DNA of 64,000 bases from a virus: the IMG/VR virus record IMGVR_UViG_3300044707_000932, positions 1-64,000 of that record; one strand, 5' to 3'. The position numbers were made by a program, and so were the translations under genes. The notes under the pieces are model-generated. The model was not told the origin of the DNA. It made no database searches and saw only the letters and a program-made list of their open reading frames with translations. Shown piece after piece: positions 28,150 through 36,527 of the stretch (positions are counted from its first letter, which is position 1; the number at the start of each line of letters is the position of its first letter).

Positions 28150-29819
28150 AATGGTTCTTTAGAAATAATAAAATTATTTATTACTAAAATGTCTAAATTC
28201 CTTGAAACAAAGGTTTTTATGGCGTCACCTGGAGTTTCTATAATTGGTTCACCAGGTCCATTAAAACTTGTGTTTAGTAGTACAGGGACACCTGTTTGAT
28301 TATAAAAACCTTTAATTAGTTTGTAGAATTTTGGATTTGATTCTTCTGTAACAGATTGATGTCTAGCTGACCCGTCAATGTGTACAACCGCAGGTATTTT
28401 ATTTCTCCACGCTTCTTTGACCATTGTAGTTACCAACATGTGTGGTGAGTAAACGTCTGACTCAAATACTTCTGACTGGTGTTCGAATAAAACCGCAGGT
28501 GCGAAGGGTCTATACCATTCTCTTCCTTTGATGTCAGAATTGATGTGCCCTGTCATCCATGCTTGAGTTGGTGATGCGATTATGGAACGATTTCCTAATG
28601 CTCTTGGACCAATTTCGGAACCATCTTGAAACCAACCAATAACTCTGTTTTGAGTTAAGAAAAACAAAACTTTTTCGATTAAATCATCGAAATCATCAAA
28701 GTTCTCAAAACTTAAAAAAGGGTTGGAGTTAAGAGACGCCACAACTTCATGAGTTTGATAAGTTTTACCGAAGTAAGGACTAATAAATTTAGGTTTGGTT
28801 TGGTTATCGAATTTACTGGCTCCGTACCAAGCGCAACCTAATGGAATTCCACTGTCGTCGGCTGGCGGGAGAAAGAAACATTTTTTGAATAATCCAGAGT
28901 TGAGTATAAGTTCGTTAGAATTACAATTTAAGAAAGAACCACCGGCAGTACAAACATTTGGTGAGTTGGTTAAGTTTTTTGCTATCTTTGCTAAAATTAA
29001 AGAAGCTCTTTCTTGTTCTCTTTGATAAATTCCTGCCACACATGCTTTGGAAAAAAAGTCACTTTTCCAAGTTACTTTCGGGTAGATAACAACTCCTGGT
29101 ATGAAAATATCATTTTCTAATTCTTGTACATAAAGTGGTGCCTCGTTTACAATTTCAGGGTCGGCATAAGATGCCATTCCCATCAATTTACCAGCAGGCC
29201 AAGTAGCTGTGTTTGGTTCGTAAATTAGTTGTAAACACCCTTGGGAATATAAAGTTCCTAAAGAACAAGATTTATCTTCCTGAAAAGGTACGGGATACTC
29301 CATCCATTTTTTGAAAACCTCTTTGTACCCTCCCTTTGTGAAATTAACAATTGTCATGGATTCAGTCCAGTCTGTAAGATTGGAGAGATTTTCCGCATAT
29401 TCGGGATACCATTCGTGTGTCTTATTCTTGTAAGAAATTATACTTCCTGAAGCATCACCGACTATCACACAAGCCTCATCGAGACCTGAACTATAGAAAC
29501 TTGAAAAGGCATGTGCTAAATGATGTGGAACAAATGATATATTTCCCTCATCAATTTCAGTAAACCTTTCTCTCAACATATTAGCAGTGTTGTCGATGAT
29601 TTCTGTTGTGCTGTAGACCCAATGGTTGATGTCTCTATAACCAATTCCTAAACTGTTAAGACAATAATCTATCGAATCGAAAGGTAACTTACCTTCCGAG
29701 TACGCCCCGTCGTGTTTAATTCTAGATAATCTTTCTTGAGTTATACCGACTTTTACTTCACCATTTTCAATAATTACAGCACCTTTATCGTGCCCTACTG
29801 AGAACCCTAATATTTTCAT
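28146..29819 (-). CDS. NodU/CmcH/TobZ-family carbamoyltransferase
   Basis: GHD, ERLSRIKH, HHLAHA, GKLMGMASY, GPRALGNRS, REWYRPFAP, HIDGSARHQ, LLNTSFN. Confidence 0.93.
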   Translation of the reverse strand: MKILGFSVGHDKGAVIIENGEVKVGITQERLSRIKHDGAYSEGKLPFDSIDYCLNSLGIGYRDINHWVYSTTEIIDNTANMLRERFTEIDEGNISFVPHHLAHAFSSFYSSGLDEACVIVGDASGSIISYKNKTHEWYPEYAENLSNLTDWTESMTIVNFTKGGYKEVFKKWMEYPVPFQEDKSCSLGTLYSQGCLQLIYEPNTATWPAGKLMGMASYADPEIVNEAPLYVQELENDIFIPGVVIYPKVTWKSDFFSKACVAGIYQREQERASLILAKIAKNLTNSPNVCTAGGSFLNCNSNELILNSGLFKKCFFLPPADDSGIPLGCAWYGASKFDNQTKPKFISPYFGKTYQTHEVVASLNSNPFLSFENFDDFDDLIEKVLFFLTQNRVIGWFQDGSEIGPRALGNRSIIASPTQAWMTGHINSDIKGREWYRPFAPAVLFEHQSEVFESDVYSPHMLVTTMVKEAWRNKIPAVVHIDGSARHQSVTEESNPKFYKLIKGFYNQTGVPVLLNTSFNGPGEPIIETPGDAIKTFVSRNLDILVINNFIISKEPL

Positions 29820-29837
29820 AATTTGAAAAAAACATTT

Positions 29838-30107
29838 TTATTGATTTTCTGGGTCAAGCGTTAATGGGGTTCCTTCAGGAAGGTCCTCATCACACTTATA
29901 GATATGAACGTTATCTTTCATCTTGAATACGATTACTTTTTTTACATCGTCATCCAATTTGATATCACCTTTTATATCAACAACAATGCCTTGATTTTCT
30001 TCTAAAATAAGAGCTAGTGCCCTACCAAAGATTAATGAAATGTTGGTTAATTCGATTTGAGTGGGTTGCCCACCAATGTTCCCTTCGGGGATTGTATTTT
30101 GTTCCAT
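29838..30107 (-). CDS. Hypothetical protein
   Basis: ORF track. Confidence 0.6.
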   Translation of the reverse strand: MEQNTIPEGNIGGQPTQIELTNISLIFGRALALILEENQGIVVDIKGDIKLDDDVKKVIVFKMKDNVHIYKCDEDLPEGTPLTLDPENQ

Positions 30108-30108
30108 T

Positions 30109-30408
30109 TTATTCTGTTTCATTTGAGATTATGTCACCATATTGTGACGCGGCTTTCGGGTTTCTTTCCATAAAAATTTGATATGCCACTTCATATCTTC
30201 CTAATTCAATACGTAATGGGAATAACTCCATGTCCAAAGAATCTGATAAAATTTTCAAACTATCGTTTTGAATTTTTATGATTTCTAATTCAGTTGTTTT
30301 TTTGGTTAATCGGTCATTTGTGATATTCAATCTCAATAATGACCACAAAAGGGCTAAACAAATGATTACAAATGCTATTCTGAAGTTCTTGTCGTTAATC
30401 ATATTCAT
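30109..30408 (-). CDS. Single-TM coiled-coil protein
   Basis: N-terminal hydrophobic helix followed by a coiled coil. Confidence 0.6.
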   Translation of the reverse strand: MNMINDKNFRIAFVIICLALLWSLLRLNITNDRLTKKTTELEIIKIQNDSLKILSDSLDMELFPLRIELGRYEVAYQIFMERNPKAASQYGDIISNETE

Positions 30409-30425
30409 AATTTTAGTAATTTTTT

Positions 30426-30914
30426 TTAATAAACAAATGAATTTTGAAAATCATTCCAAATTTTTGATAAAGAATGATTTTCTGAAACTAAGGTTGGTGC
30501 GAATGGGCGATGTTTCATTTTCATTCGTGCCTCCTCTGGGGTTTTATCTGCTTTCTTTAGATTACATTTTTGGCAAGATGTAACCAAATTGGTCCAATTA
30601 TTTGAACCACCTCTCGATTTGGGAATTACGTGGTCTAAAGTCAAATCTCTAGACGAACCACAATATACACATTCATATCCATCCCTTTTGTAGATTCTGT
30701 TTCTGTTAGCCCTTAATTGTCGAGTATAATGTCTGATGTATCTGAGTAATCGGATGATTACAGGGCGCAAATATGTTTTGTAGCCTGAAACAATTGGGTT
30801 TTCATCTGATTTAACAATTTCAGCCTTTCCTTTGTCTACTAAAATAAACCCTCTTTGTACCGAAGTTACATTAAGTGGTGTATAATCGTAGTTCAAAACC
30901 AACACGTGATTCAT
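30426..30914 (-). CDS. HNH endonuclease (McrA-like)
   Basis: RDGYECVYCG, TLDHVIPKSRGG, WTNLVTSCQKCN..KAD. Confidence 0.92.
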   Translation of the reverse strand: MNHVLVLNYDYTPLNVTSVQRGFILVDKGKAEIVKSDENPIVSGYKTYLRPVIIRLLRYIRHYTRQLRANRNRIYKRDGYECVYCGSSRDLTLDHVIPKSRGGSNNWTNLVTSCQKCNLKKADKTPEEARMKMKHRPFAPTLVSENHSLSKIWNDFQNSFVY

Positions 30915-31148
30915 ACAAAAAACATTTTTACAAAAATAACTTGTTTATTTCAAAAAAACAAAAAGGGTCGAATTTTCGACCCCAAATATTAATAGTTTTA
31001 ATTTTTGTTTATGGTTCGAGATTTTCCACGTCTCAGCAAACCGATTTTCTCATTTATCATTTTTGTTTCCAAAAGACTCAAATTATTTTGGTCTATATTC
31101 ATATTGATAAATATTATATCTGACTCATATATTTATAAATAAAATTTG

Positions 31149-31922
31149 ATGAAGTTTTTTTATTTTTATAATGACTTACTTTTAGAGGCCAGATATTATT
31201 CCGATGAGAAATTTAATTGGGTGGCTCAAAATATTGGTGGTTGGATATTAGATAGCACTATTGATAGTCCTTGGAAGATAAAGGCTCTACCATTATACAA
31301 TGAGTTCAAAGATTATTTGAGGTCGAACACCACAAAAAATACAAGTACAGATGATGATATGGTTCTAGCGACCGATTACATTGAAAACTTTTTGAACTTT
31401 TTGTCTCCAAGAGATGCCCAAACTTTCATCAAAGGCTCCATGGAAAAATTCCCAAGAGTAAAAGAGAATATTGTAAATTACTTGAAACCAAAAGTTGACA
31501 CTGGTGTAGAAGGAAAGAGAAGAGGAAGACCCCCAGGTGTCAAAAACAAACCAAAAATAGATTTAACAGACCCGAGTATAAGAATTATAAAAAGAGTTAG
31601 ACCTGAGGAACCAGTGGATGTAACAAAGGGAAAACCTCAGAGAGTGGAACCACAAATTACACAACCGGATGTTCAAAATGAACCCGAAAGTGAACAACCG
31701 GATGTTCAAAGTTTACAAAAAAGAGCCGGAAGACCAAAACTATACGATGACAATTTAACCGCCTTTGAAAGAATGAAGTACAAAAAAGAAGGACCCGGTA
31801 TGATTAAAAGTTTGGAAGGTAAAGTCGAATCTCTAAATTACGAAGCTGAACAAATCAGACAAAGAATCCTAAAAATTATGGGAGACATAGGTAAGAGAAA
31901 AAAATACTTCGGAATAGAATAA
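31149..31922 (+). CDS. AT-hook-containing DNA-binding protein
   Basis: KRRGRPPG and KRAGRPK motifs. Confidence 0.6.
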   Translation: MKFFYFYNDLLLEARYYSDEKFNWVAQNIGGWILDSTIDSPWKIKALPLYNEFKDYLRSNTTKNTSTDDDMVLATDYIENFLNFLSPRDAQTFIKGSMEKFPRVKENIVNYLKPKVDTGVEGKRRGRPPGVKNKPKIDLTDPSIRIIKRVRPEEPVDVTKGKPQRVEPQITQPDVQNEPESEQPDVQSLQKRAGRPKLYDDNLTAFERMKYKKEGPGMIKSLEGKVESLNYEAEQIRQRILKIMGDIGKRKKYFGIE

Positions 31923-31929
31923 TTTTTCT

Positions 31930-31937
31930 TATATTTG
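31930..31937 (+). promoter_or_regulatory. Bacteroidota sigma-A type -7 promoter element (TAnnTTTG) for the first tRNA cluster
   Basis: TATATTTG 8 nt before tRNA-Pro; the same element recurs at about 37576 (+), 50808 (+), 42480 (-) and 49696 (-). Confidence 0.7.
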
Positions 31938-31945
31938 TGTTGAAA

Positions 31946-32019
31946 TGGGAAGTGGCTCAGCCCGGTAGAGCACCTGGTTTGGGACCAGGGGGCCGCAGGT
32001 TCGAATCCTGTCTTCCCAA
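31946..32019 (+). tRNA. tRNA-Pro(UGG)
   Basis: CCTGG-TT-TGG-GA-CCAGG anticodon arm; GGTTCGAATCC. Confidence 0.95.
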
Positions 32020-32024
32020 CAAAC

Positions 32025-32096
32025 GTCTTCTTAGCTCAGCGGTAGAGCATCTCGCTGTTAACGAGAGGGTCCAAGGTTCGAGCCCTTGAGGGGACG
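32025..32096 (+). tRNA. tRNA-Asn(GUU)
   Basis: TCTCG-CT-GTT-AA-CGAGA; full cloverleaf. Confidence 0.93.
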
Positions 32097-32152
32097 CAAA
32101 GTGGAACAAACGTACAGTAACCACAGGGGTCCTAGGCCTCACTGTACTACAG

Positions 32153-32228
32153 GCGGAAGTAGCTCATTCGGTAGAGCACGACCTTGCCAAGGTCGGGGTG
32201 GCCAGTTCGAGCCTGGTCTTCCGCTCCA
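32153..32228 (+). tRNA. tRNA-Gly(GCC), CCA encoded
   Basis: CGACC-TT-GCC-AA-GGTCG; ends TCCA. Confidence 0.95.
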
Positions 32229-32233
32229 TATAA

Positions 32234-32300
32234 ATCCATCTACCCTCGCTTCATGCGGGGGTTATGTGAGATACCTTATGGTGTTAATAAAAAGATGGAT
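32234..32300 (+). ncRNA. Putative three-way-junction structured RNA between tRNA-Gly and tRNA-Thr
   Basis: ATCCATCT/AGATGGAT closing stem enclosing ACCCTCGC/GCGGGGGT and GATACC/GGTGTT hairpins. Confidence 0.5.
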
Positions 32301-32302
32301 AT

Positions 32303-32375
32303 GCCCGAGTAGCTCAGCAGGTAGAGCAACTGATTTGTAATCAGTAGGTCGCAGGTTCGATTCCTGTCTCTGGCT
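32303..32375 (+). tRNA. tRNA-Thr(UGU)
   Basis: ACTGA-TT-TGT-AA-TCAGT; one acceptor-stem mismatch. Confidence 0.92.
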
Positions 32376-32388
32376 CAAACTTATTTTT

Positions 32389-32622
32389 ATGGGAATACTA
32401 ACTTGTTATTATTTGGTTTGTTTACTTTATTGTCTCTTGATGTTGATTAAATCTTGGTCGCGGGATGTTATGACGGGAGGACTTGGAATAAGTCCTGGTC
32501 TCGATACTCTTGCTATTCTAATTATGTGTTGGGCACTCGCTCCTGTGGATGTCTATCTCCGTTGGACAAAGCTTTATAAAGAAGCTGAAGAGGCAAGAAG
32601 AAGAAATACTAAAGTTTTCTAA
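32389..32622 (+). CDS. Small two-TM membrane protein
   Basis: ORF track. Confidence 0.55.
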   Translation: MGILTCYYLVCLLYCLLMLIKSWSRDVMTGGLGISPGLDTLAILIMCWALAPVDVYLRWTKLYKEAEEARRRNTKVF

Positions 32623-32623
32623 T

Positions 32624-32977
32624 ATGGCACATCCAAACATTCACGCTAAAAGTTCCGCTAAGAAATTCGGTGGAAAACCTGAAGATTATATTCATCTACA
32701 TGAATGGTTAGATGAAACAAAAGGATGGTTTGGAGATTCTTTACACAGGATGTTCCGACACCATAGTGAGGGTATTTTTGAAATGGAGAAAAAATTTGGT
32801 ACTGAATTCAAGAATAGTGACGGTAAAACCGTTTATACCCGTTATGTTGGGGAACAACATGTAAAAGAAGATTGTAACAATTATATTCCGTCAGCGAAAG
32901 AATGGATAATTAATATCTCAGAGAAGAATAGACCGATTTGGATGTTGAAAACAGTCAAACTTGAATTCGAAGATTGA
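32624..32977 (+). CDS. DUF6915-like protein
   Basis: MAHPNIHAKSSAKKFGG.PEDY..LH.W.D..K, HR..RHHSEGIF, EQHVKED. Confidence 0.7.
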   Translation: MAHPNIHAKSSAKKFGGKPEDYIHLHEWLDETKGWFGDSLHRMFRHHSEGIFEMEKKFGTEFKNSDGKTVYTRYVGEQHVKEDCNNYIPSAKEWIINISEKNRPIWMLKTVKLEFED

Positions 32978-32989
32978 TATTTATTTGAT

Positions 32990-33472
32990 ATGATTTTAGA
33001 AATAACCAAATCACAACTTCAAAGGTTATTAGAAGCGAAACATGAAAACTTCAAACCCGCATTGGAGTTTGATAAAATACACGGTACATCACTTTCTCAA
33101 TCTTGGGATTTTAAAAAAGGGATTTCAACAGATGATGTTTGGGATATTATCCAAGATTGTTTTGAAGAAAGAAAGTGCAAAAAACTCGGATACCTTGTAG
33201 AGGATTTAGATGAGGATATATTTCCATATCCGAATGTAAAATCACTTCCAATCGAAACTAAAATTTCAATTATTCAGGGAATGGCAAGTGAACTAAACTA
33301 TGATGATATAGTTCACTTCGCAATCGAAAATAAAACAGGACTTACCGATAAAAAATTTAATAAATTTCATGACTCACTGAGTCCTAGACAACAACATGAA
33401 GTTCAATGGGTGAGTTCACCAAAAACCACCAAAATAATTAAAAATATTTTCAAAAATGAAAAAAAACATTAA
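32990..33472 (+). CDS. Hypothetical protein (ITKSQLQRLLE leader)
   Basis: ORF track; ATATTTAT upstream. Confidence 0.6.
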   Translation: MILEITKSQLQRLLEAKHENFKPALEFDKIHGTSLSQSWDFKKGISTDDVWDIIQDCFEERKCKKLGYLVEDLDEDIFPYPNVKSLPIETKISIIQGMASELNYDDIVHFAIENKTGLTDKKFNKFHDSLSPRQQHEVQWVSSPKTTKIIKNIFKNEKKH

Positions 33473-34157
33473 GTTACTCACCGAAGAAGATAAAAAAATA
33501 TTAAGAAGTTTTTCAAGATATGCTCAATCTTGGGGACTAAATGAAGTTGTGATTCGAATCGAAGACCAAGGTGAAGATTTGGAGGGTATGGAAATACCGA
33601 GTCATTTTGATAATGCTTACAATGTCAAATTTCCAAAGCCCCTTCATGATTTTCTTACTGATTTCAAAAATAGATTGGCAAAATTTGATTTGATTGAATC
33701 TCCTGACGTGGATGATTTGAACTATGAAGTTGTTGAAATAAGAATTGATGTTGAAGACGAACATATTGAATTTATTCATGATTTCTCATACACTCGAGGT
33801 TCTGAAGTTCGTGGAACGAGTTGGGATATCGAGGAAGATAAAGATGAACTTGAACCTCTCTTCGATGCGATAAAAAGTGAAGACCCATCAGAGGATTATT
33901 TACAGTTAAGATATTATGGTTCTGGTGATAGTGGTTATATAGAAGACAGTTTTGAGGGAGGTGACACAGTTCCTGATGTTGTAGAAGATTGGTGTTATCG
34001 AAAATTAGAAGGTATTCATGGTGGTTGGGAAATCAACGAAGGTTCAAGTGGTGAATTCAATTTTGACTTGGAACAAGGTGTTGTAAATTTGGAACATACT
34101 GAAATGTATGAAGAGAATGAAAGTGATACTTTTTACACCGAAAGTTTTGCTAAATAA
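33456..34157 (+). CDS. DUF6878-like acidic protein
   Basis: YYGSGDSGYIE...GGWEINEGSSGEF motif. Confidence 0.65.
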   Translation: MKKNIKLLTEEDKKILRSFSRYAQSWGLNEVVIRIEDQGEDLEGMEIPSHFDNAYNVKFPKPLHDFLTDFKNRLAKFDLIESPDVDDLNYEVVEIRIDVEDEHIEFIHDFSYTRGSEVRGTSWDIEEDKDELEPLFDAIKSEDPSEDYLQLRYYGSGDSGYIEDSFEGGDTVPDVVEDWCYRKLEGIHGGWEINEGSSGEFNFDLEQGVVNLEHTEMYEENESDTFYTESFAK

Positions 34158-34184
34158 AAAATTTTTCCTATTTTTATAGAAATT

Positions 34185-34270
34185 ACCTGAGTGTTGAAAT
34201 AGGTAGACAAGAGAGACTTAAAATCTCTTGGACAGAAATGTCCGTGCCGGTTCGACTCCGGCCTCAGGTA
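34185..34270 (+). tRNA. tRNA-Leu(UAA)
   Basis: AGAGA-CT-TAA-AA-TCTCT; long variable arm. Confidence 0.95.
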
Positions 34271-34284
34271 CAAAAAATATTTTT

Positions 34285-34500
34285 ATGGAAAGATTATTTT
34301 CCCCTGTGAGTCTTATTTCAATAACTGATAAATTGAAAGATAAGGCTTTAGAAATAAAATATATTGGTGACATATCCGACTTAGGGAATGAAGTCGGACA
34401 AACCGTTGGTGAATTTTATAAAAATATGAATGAAAATGAAATTGAATTATTCATTCAGGGATTTAGACACGGAGTTTCACTAACAAATGGTAATCACTAA
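34285..34500 (+). CDS. Hypothetical protein (MERLFSP...)
   Basis: ORF track, trimmed to the ATG after tRNA-Leu. Confidence 0.6.
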   Translation: MERLFSPVSLISITDKLKDKALEIKYIGDISDLGNEVGQTVGEFYKNMNENEIELFIQGFRHGVSLTNGNH

Positions 34501-34505
34501 TTGAC

Positions 34506-34586
34506 ACCCCGATGGCGGAACGGTAGACGCGTTGGTATTAGGAACCAATAACTTCGGTTGTGAGAGTTCGAGTCTCTCTTGGGGTA
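34506..34586 (+). tRNA. tRNA-Leu(UAG)
   Basis: TTGGT-AT-TAG-GA-ACCAA; variable arm AAC-TTCG-GTT. Confidence 0.93.
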
Positions 34587-34612
34587 CACTTTACACTTTT
34601 AGAAAATAGAAT

Positions 34613-34620
34613 ATATTTAT
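34613..34620 (+). promoter_or_regulatory. ATATTTAT phage promoter motif in front of the leader ORF
   Basis: Same motif lies shortly upstream of many genes on both strands in this window. Confidence 0.6.
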
Positions 34621-34626
34621 TACAGT

Positions 34627-34707
34627 ATGAAAACGATGAACTACAATATAGAAATTAGTCACCAACAAGAGATTTGTTGGGAGACTAACCTATGCGTAGT
34701 TCGGTAA
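34627..34707 (+). CDS. Putative attenuator leader peptide MKTMNYNIEISHQQEICWETNLCVVR
   Basis: 26-codon ORF; codons 8-19 match the anticodons of the 8 downstream tRNAs; its 3' end is the antiterminator strand. Confidence 0.8.
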   Translation: MKTMNYNIEISHQQEICWETNLCVVR

Positions 34708-34771
34708 TCTTTTAAACTCCTGAAGAGTTATATATACAACCTCGGACTACGCAAGTGGTTCGGGGTTTTTT
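34693..34771 (+). promoter_or_regulatory. Transcription attenuator: antiterminator (34693-34704 with 34742-34753) competing with a terminator
   Basis: TGCGTAGTTCGG pairs 12/12 (2 G-U) with TCGGACTACGCA, the 5' arm and loop of the terminator. Confidence 0.8.
34738..34771 (+). terminator. Intrinsic terminator upstream of the tRNA-Glu...tRNA-Ser array
   Basis: 13-bp stem AACCTCGGACTAC/GTGGTTCGGGGTT, GCAA tetraloop, U-tract. Confidence 0.88.
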
Positions 34772-34789
34772 ATTTTTCAGAAGTTTTTG

Positions 34790-34801
34790 GTTCTTTGAAA
34801 T
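34790..34801 (+). promoter_or_regulatory. boxA-like antitermination element
   Basis: GTTCTTTGAAAT between the terminator and tRNA-Glu; near-identical GTTCTTTGAAAA directly upstream of the tmRNA. Confidence 0.6.
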
Positions 34802-34826
34802 ATTGGTTGTAGTTTTGTAAAATAAC

Positions 34827-34898
34827 GCTCGGTTCGTCTAACGGTTAGGACACCACCCTTTCACGGTGGTGATACGGGTTCGATTCCCGTACCGAGTA
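34827..34898 (+). tRNA. tRNA-Glu(UUC)
   Basis: CCACC-CT-TTC-AC-GGTGG. Confidence 0.95.
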
Positions 34899-34912
34899 CA
34901 AAATAAATTTTT

Positions 34913-35128
34913 ATGAAATACATTTTAAGAGGTCATACTGTGTTTGAATATAAACCCGATGCTAAGTTTGATAAGGTGACACAACCTAAAGTAAATGGAT
35001 GGTGTCCTTGATTCGATTACTGTAGCATGATTGACGAGGACTATAAATTGTTAGGAGAATTTTTCAATATTGTTCATAGGCATACACAAGGAGAGGATGT
35101 GGAGTTAAAAGATATTGAAGTTTATTAA
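34913..35128 (+). pseudogene. 71-codon reading frame interrupted by one in-frame TGA (35009-35011): pseudogene or readthrough gene
   Basis: MKYILRGHTVFEYKPDAKFDKVTQPKVNGWCP*FDYCSMIDEDYKLLGEFFNIVHRHTQGEDVELKDIEVY fills the Glu-Cys spacer almost exactly. Confidence 0.5.
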
Positions 35129-35200
35129 GGTCGGGTGGCCGAGTGGCTTAGGCGAAGGTCTGCAAAACCTTCTACGTAGGTTCGATTCCTACTCTGACCT
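35129..35200 (+). tRNA. tRNA-Cys(GCA)
   Basis: AAGGT-CT-GCA-AA-ACCTT; U73 discriminator. Confidence 0.93.
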
Positions 35201-35207
35201 CGAACAT

Positions 35208-35279
35208 GGTGGTTGTAGCCTAATGGTAGGGCGGAAGTTTGTGGCACTTCATGTGAGAGTTCGATTCTCTCCAATCACA
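35208..35279 (+). tRNA. tRNA-His(GUG)
   Basis: GAAGT-TT-GTG-GC-ACTTC; encoded G-1. Confidence 0.9.
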
Positions 35280-35285
35280 CAAAAT

Positions 35286-35359
35286 GGAAGTATAGCTCAG
35301 CTGGTCAGAGCGCTATTCTGATACGATAGATGCCAGTGGTTCGAATCCACTTACTTCCA
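35286..35359 (+). tRNA. tRNA-Ile(GAU)
   Basis: CTATT-CT-GAT-AC-GATAG. Confidence 0.92.
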
Positions 35360-35360
35360 C

Positions 35361-35879
35361 ATGAGACGAAAAATTATTTTTATTGATGTTGACGGACCAC
35401 TAGCTTGGGCTACTTGGGGTGATGGAAGAGTTACGCTGAATGAGGCTTCCAAAACTTTCACCATCCCATACCCTTGGGTTGAAGAAGATTGTCAAGCATT
35501 ACAAAAAATTTGTAATGAAACAAATGCTTTTTTAGTTGTAAGTTCTGATTGGAGGAAACATTTCAGTATTATACAATTAAAAAGAATTTTTCAATACTAT
35601 GGTGTAACCGCACCAATTGTTGATATCACTACACATCAAGACCTATGGAATAAACTCAGTAGACCATCAATAGATTGGGAAAGAGCTGCGGAAGTTGTAA
35701 AATGGGCGAAAGATAACAAGATTTCGAATTGGATAGCAATTGACGATTTGAATCTAAAAAAAGAGTTCAAATGGATGAGAATACCACAATGGAGACATGT
35801 TCAGGTCGATGGAGATTGGGGTCAAGGTGGTAGACTCAGAGATAAAATTGATGAATGTATTAAAAAACTTGAAAGATGA
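35361..35879 (+). CDS. HAD-superfamily phosphatase, Swiss-Army-Knife RNA-repair-like HAD domain
   Basis: IIFIDVDGPL, VVSSDWR, WIAIDD motifs. Confidence 0.8.
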   Translation: MRRKIIFIDVDGPLAWATWGDGRVTLNEASKTFTIPYPWVEEDCQALQKICNETNAFLVVSSDWRKHFSIIQLKRIFQYYGVTAPIVDITTHQDLWNKLSRPSIDWERAAEVVKWAKDNKISNWIAIDDLNLKKEFKWMRIPQWRHVQVDGDWGQGGRLRDKIDECIKKLER

Positions 35880-36433
35880 AAATTAATAGAGATAGACTGG
35901 CCACTCTTCTGAAATATGCAAGATTGGACCAACAAAATGAAGAACTAACTGATAAACAGTTTGTAGAAAAACTTGCAAACTATATGGAAGTTAATCCTGA
36001 TTTTTTGGATTACCATGGAGTAAGTCATCCTGGTCGTTTCAGTTATCACACTGTCGGGTATGGTGTGTTTTCTCTTCTCGGAGAAAGATACAGAATGGGA
36101 AGAGTTGAAATATTCGACCGACAGCAAGATACAGGATATCCTGTTAGCGAAGGTGCTTATTGTATGCCACATGTTGCGGCAAATCAATTTGAAGATTTTA
36201 TTGAATCTTTGGAGACAGACCTTCCAATAAACATAGAAATAGGTTCTCACAAATGGTGTGAATATGAATGTGCAAAAGACCTTGGTTTTGAAAATGTGGA
36301 AGAAATGAGAGACCCTGAAAAAATCAAAGAATATCGTAAAAAGAAAAACGATATCTATGCGCAAGAACAGGGATATAAAGATTTTGATGATTTATTGAAA
36401 AATAGTAAATTTGGAAATCTTCTGGTAAAATGA
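35876..36433 (+). CDS. Hypothetical protein
   Basis: ORF track; ATGA overlap with the HAD gene. Confidence 0.65.
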   Translation: MKINRDRLATLLKYARLDQQNEELTDKQFVEKLANYMEVNPDFLDYHGVSHPGRFSYHTVGYGVFSLLGERYRMGRVEIFDRQQDTGYPVSEGAYCMPHVAANQFEDFIESLETDLPINIEIGSHKWCEYECAKDLGFENVEEMRDPEKIKEYRKKKNDIYAQEQGYKDFDDLLKNSKFGNLLVK

Positions 36434-36439
36434 TTACCC

Positions 36440-36512
36440 ACGTCTGTAGCTCAGTTGGTAGAGTACTAGTCTCCAAAACTAGTTGTCGGAGGTTCGAGCC
36501 CTCTCAGGCGTG
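36440..36512 (+). tRNA. tRNA-Trp(CCA)
   Basis: CTAGT-CT-CCA-AA-ACTAG; G73. Confidence 0.95.
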
Positions 36513-36527
36513 CTACATATAAAAATT

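Noticed and set aside
30426-30914. HNH gene as a mobile intron/homing element
   Set aside because: Free-standing gene that interrupts nothing; resembles the ordinary McrA-like HNH family.
31660-31712. 17-bp direct repeat ACAACCGGATGTTCAAA as att site or operator
   Set aside because: In-frame coding duplication (QPDVQ) within a low-complexity linker.
31957-32340. Short ORFs over tRNA clusters (also 35115-35321, 36884-37072, 49243-49437)
   Set aside because: They overlap clear tRNA, tmRNA or structured RNA sequences and are spurious.
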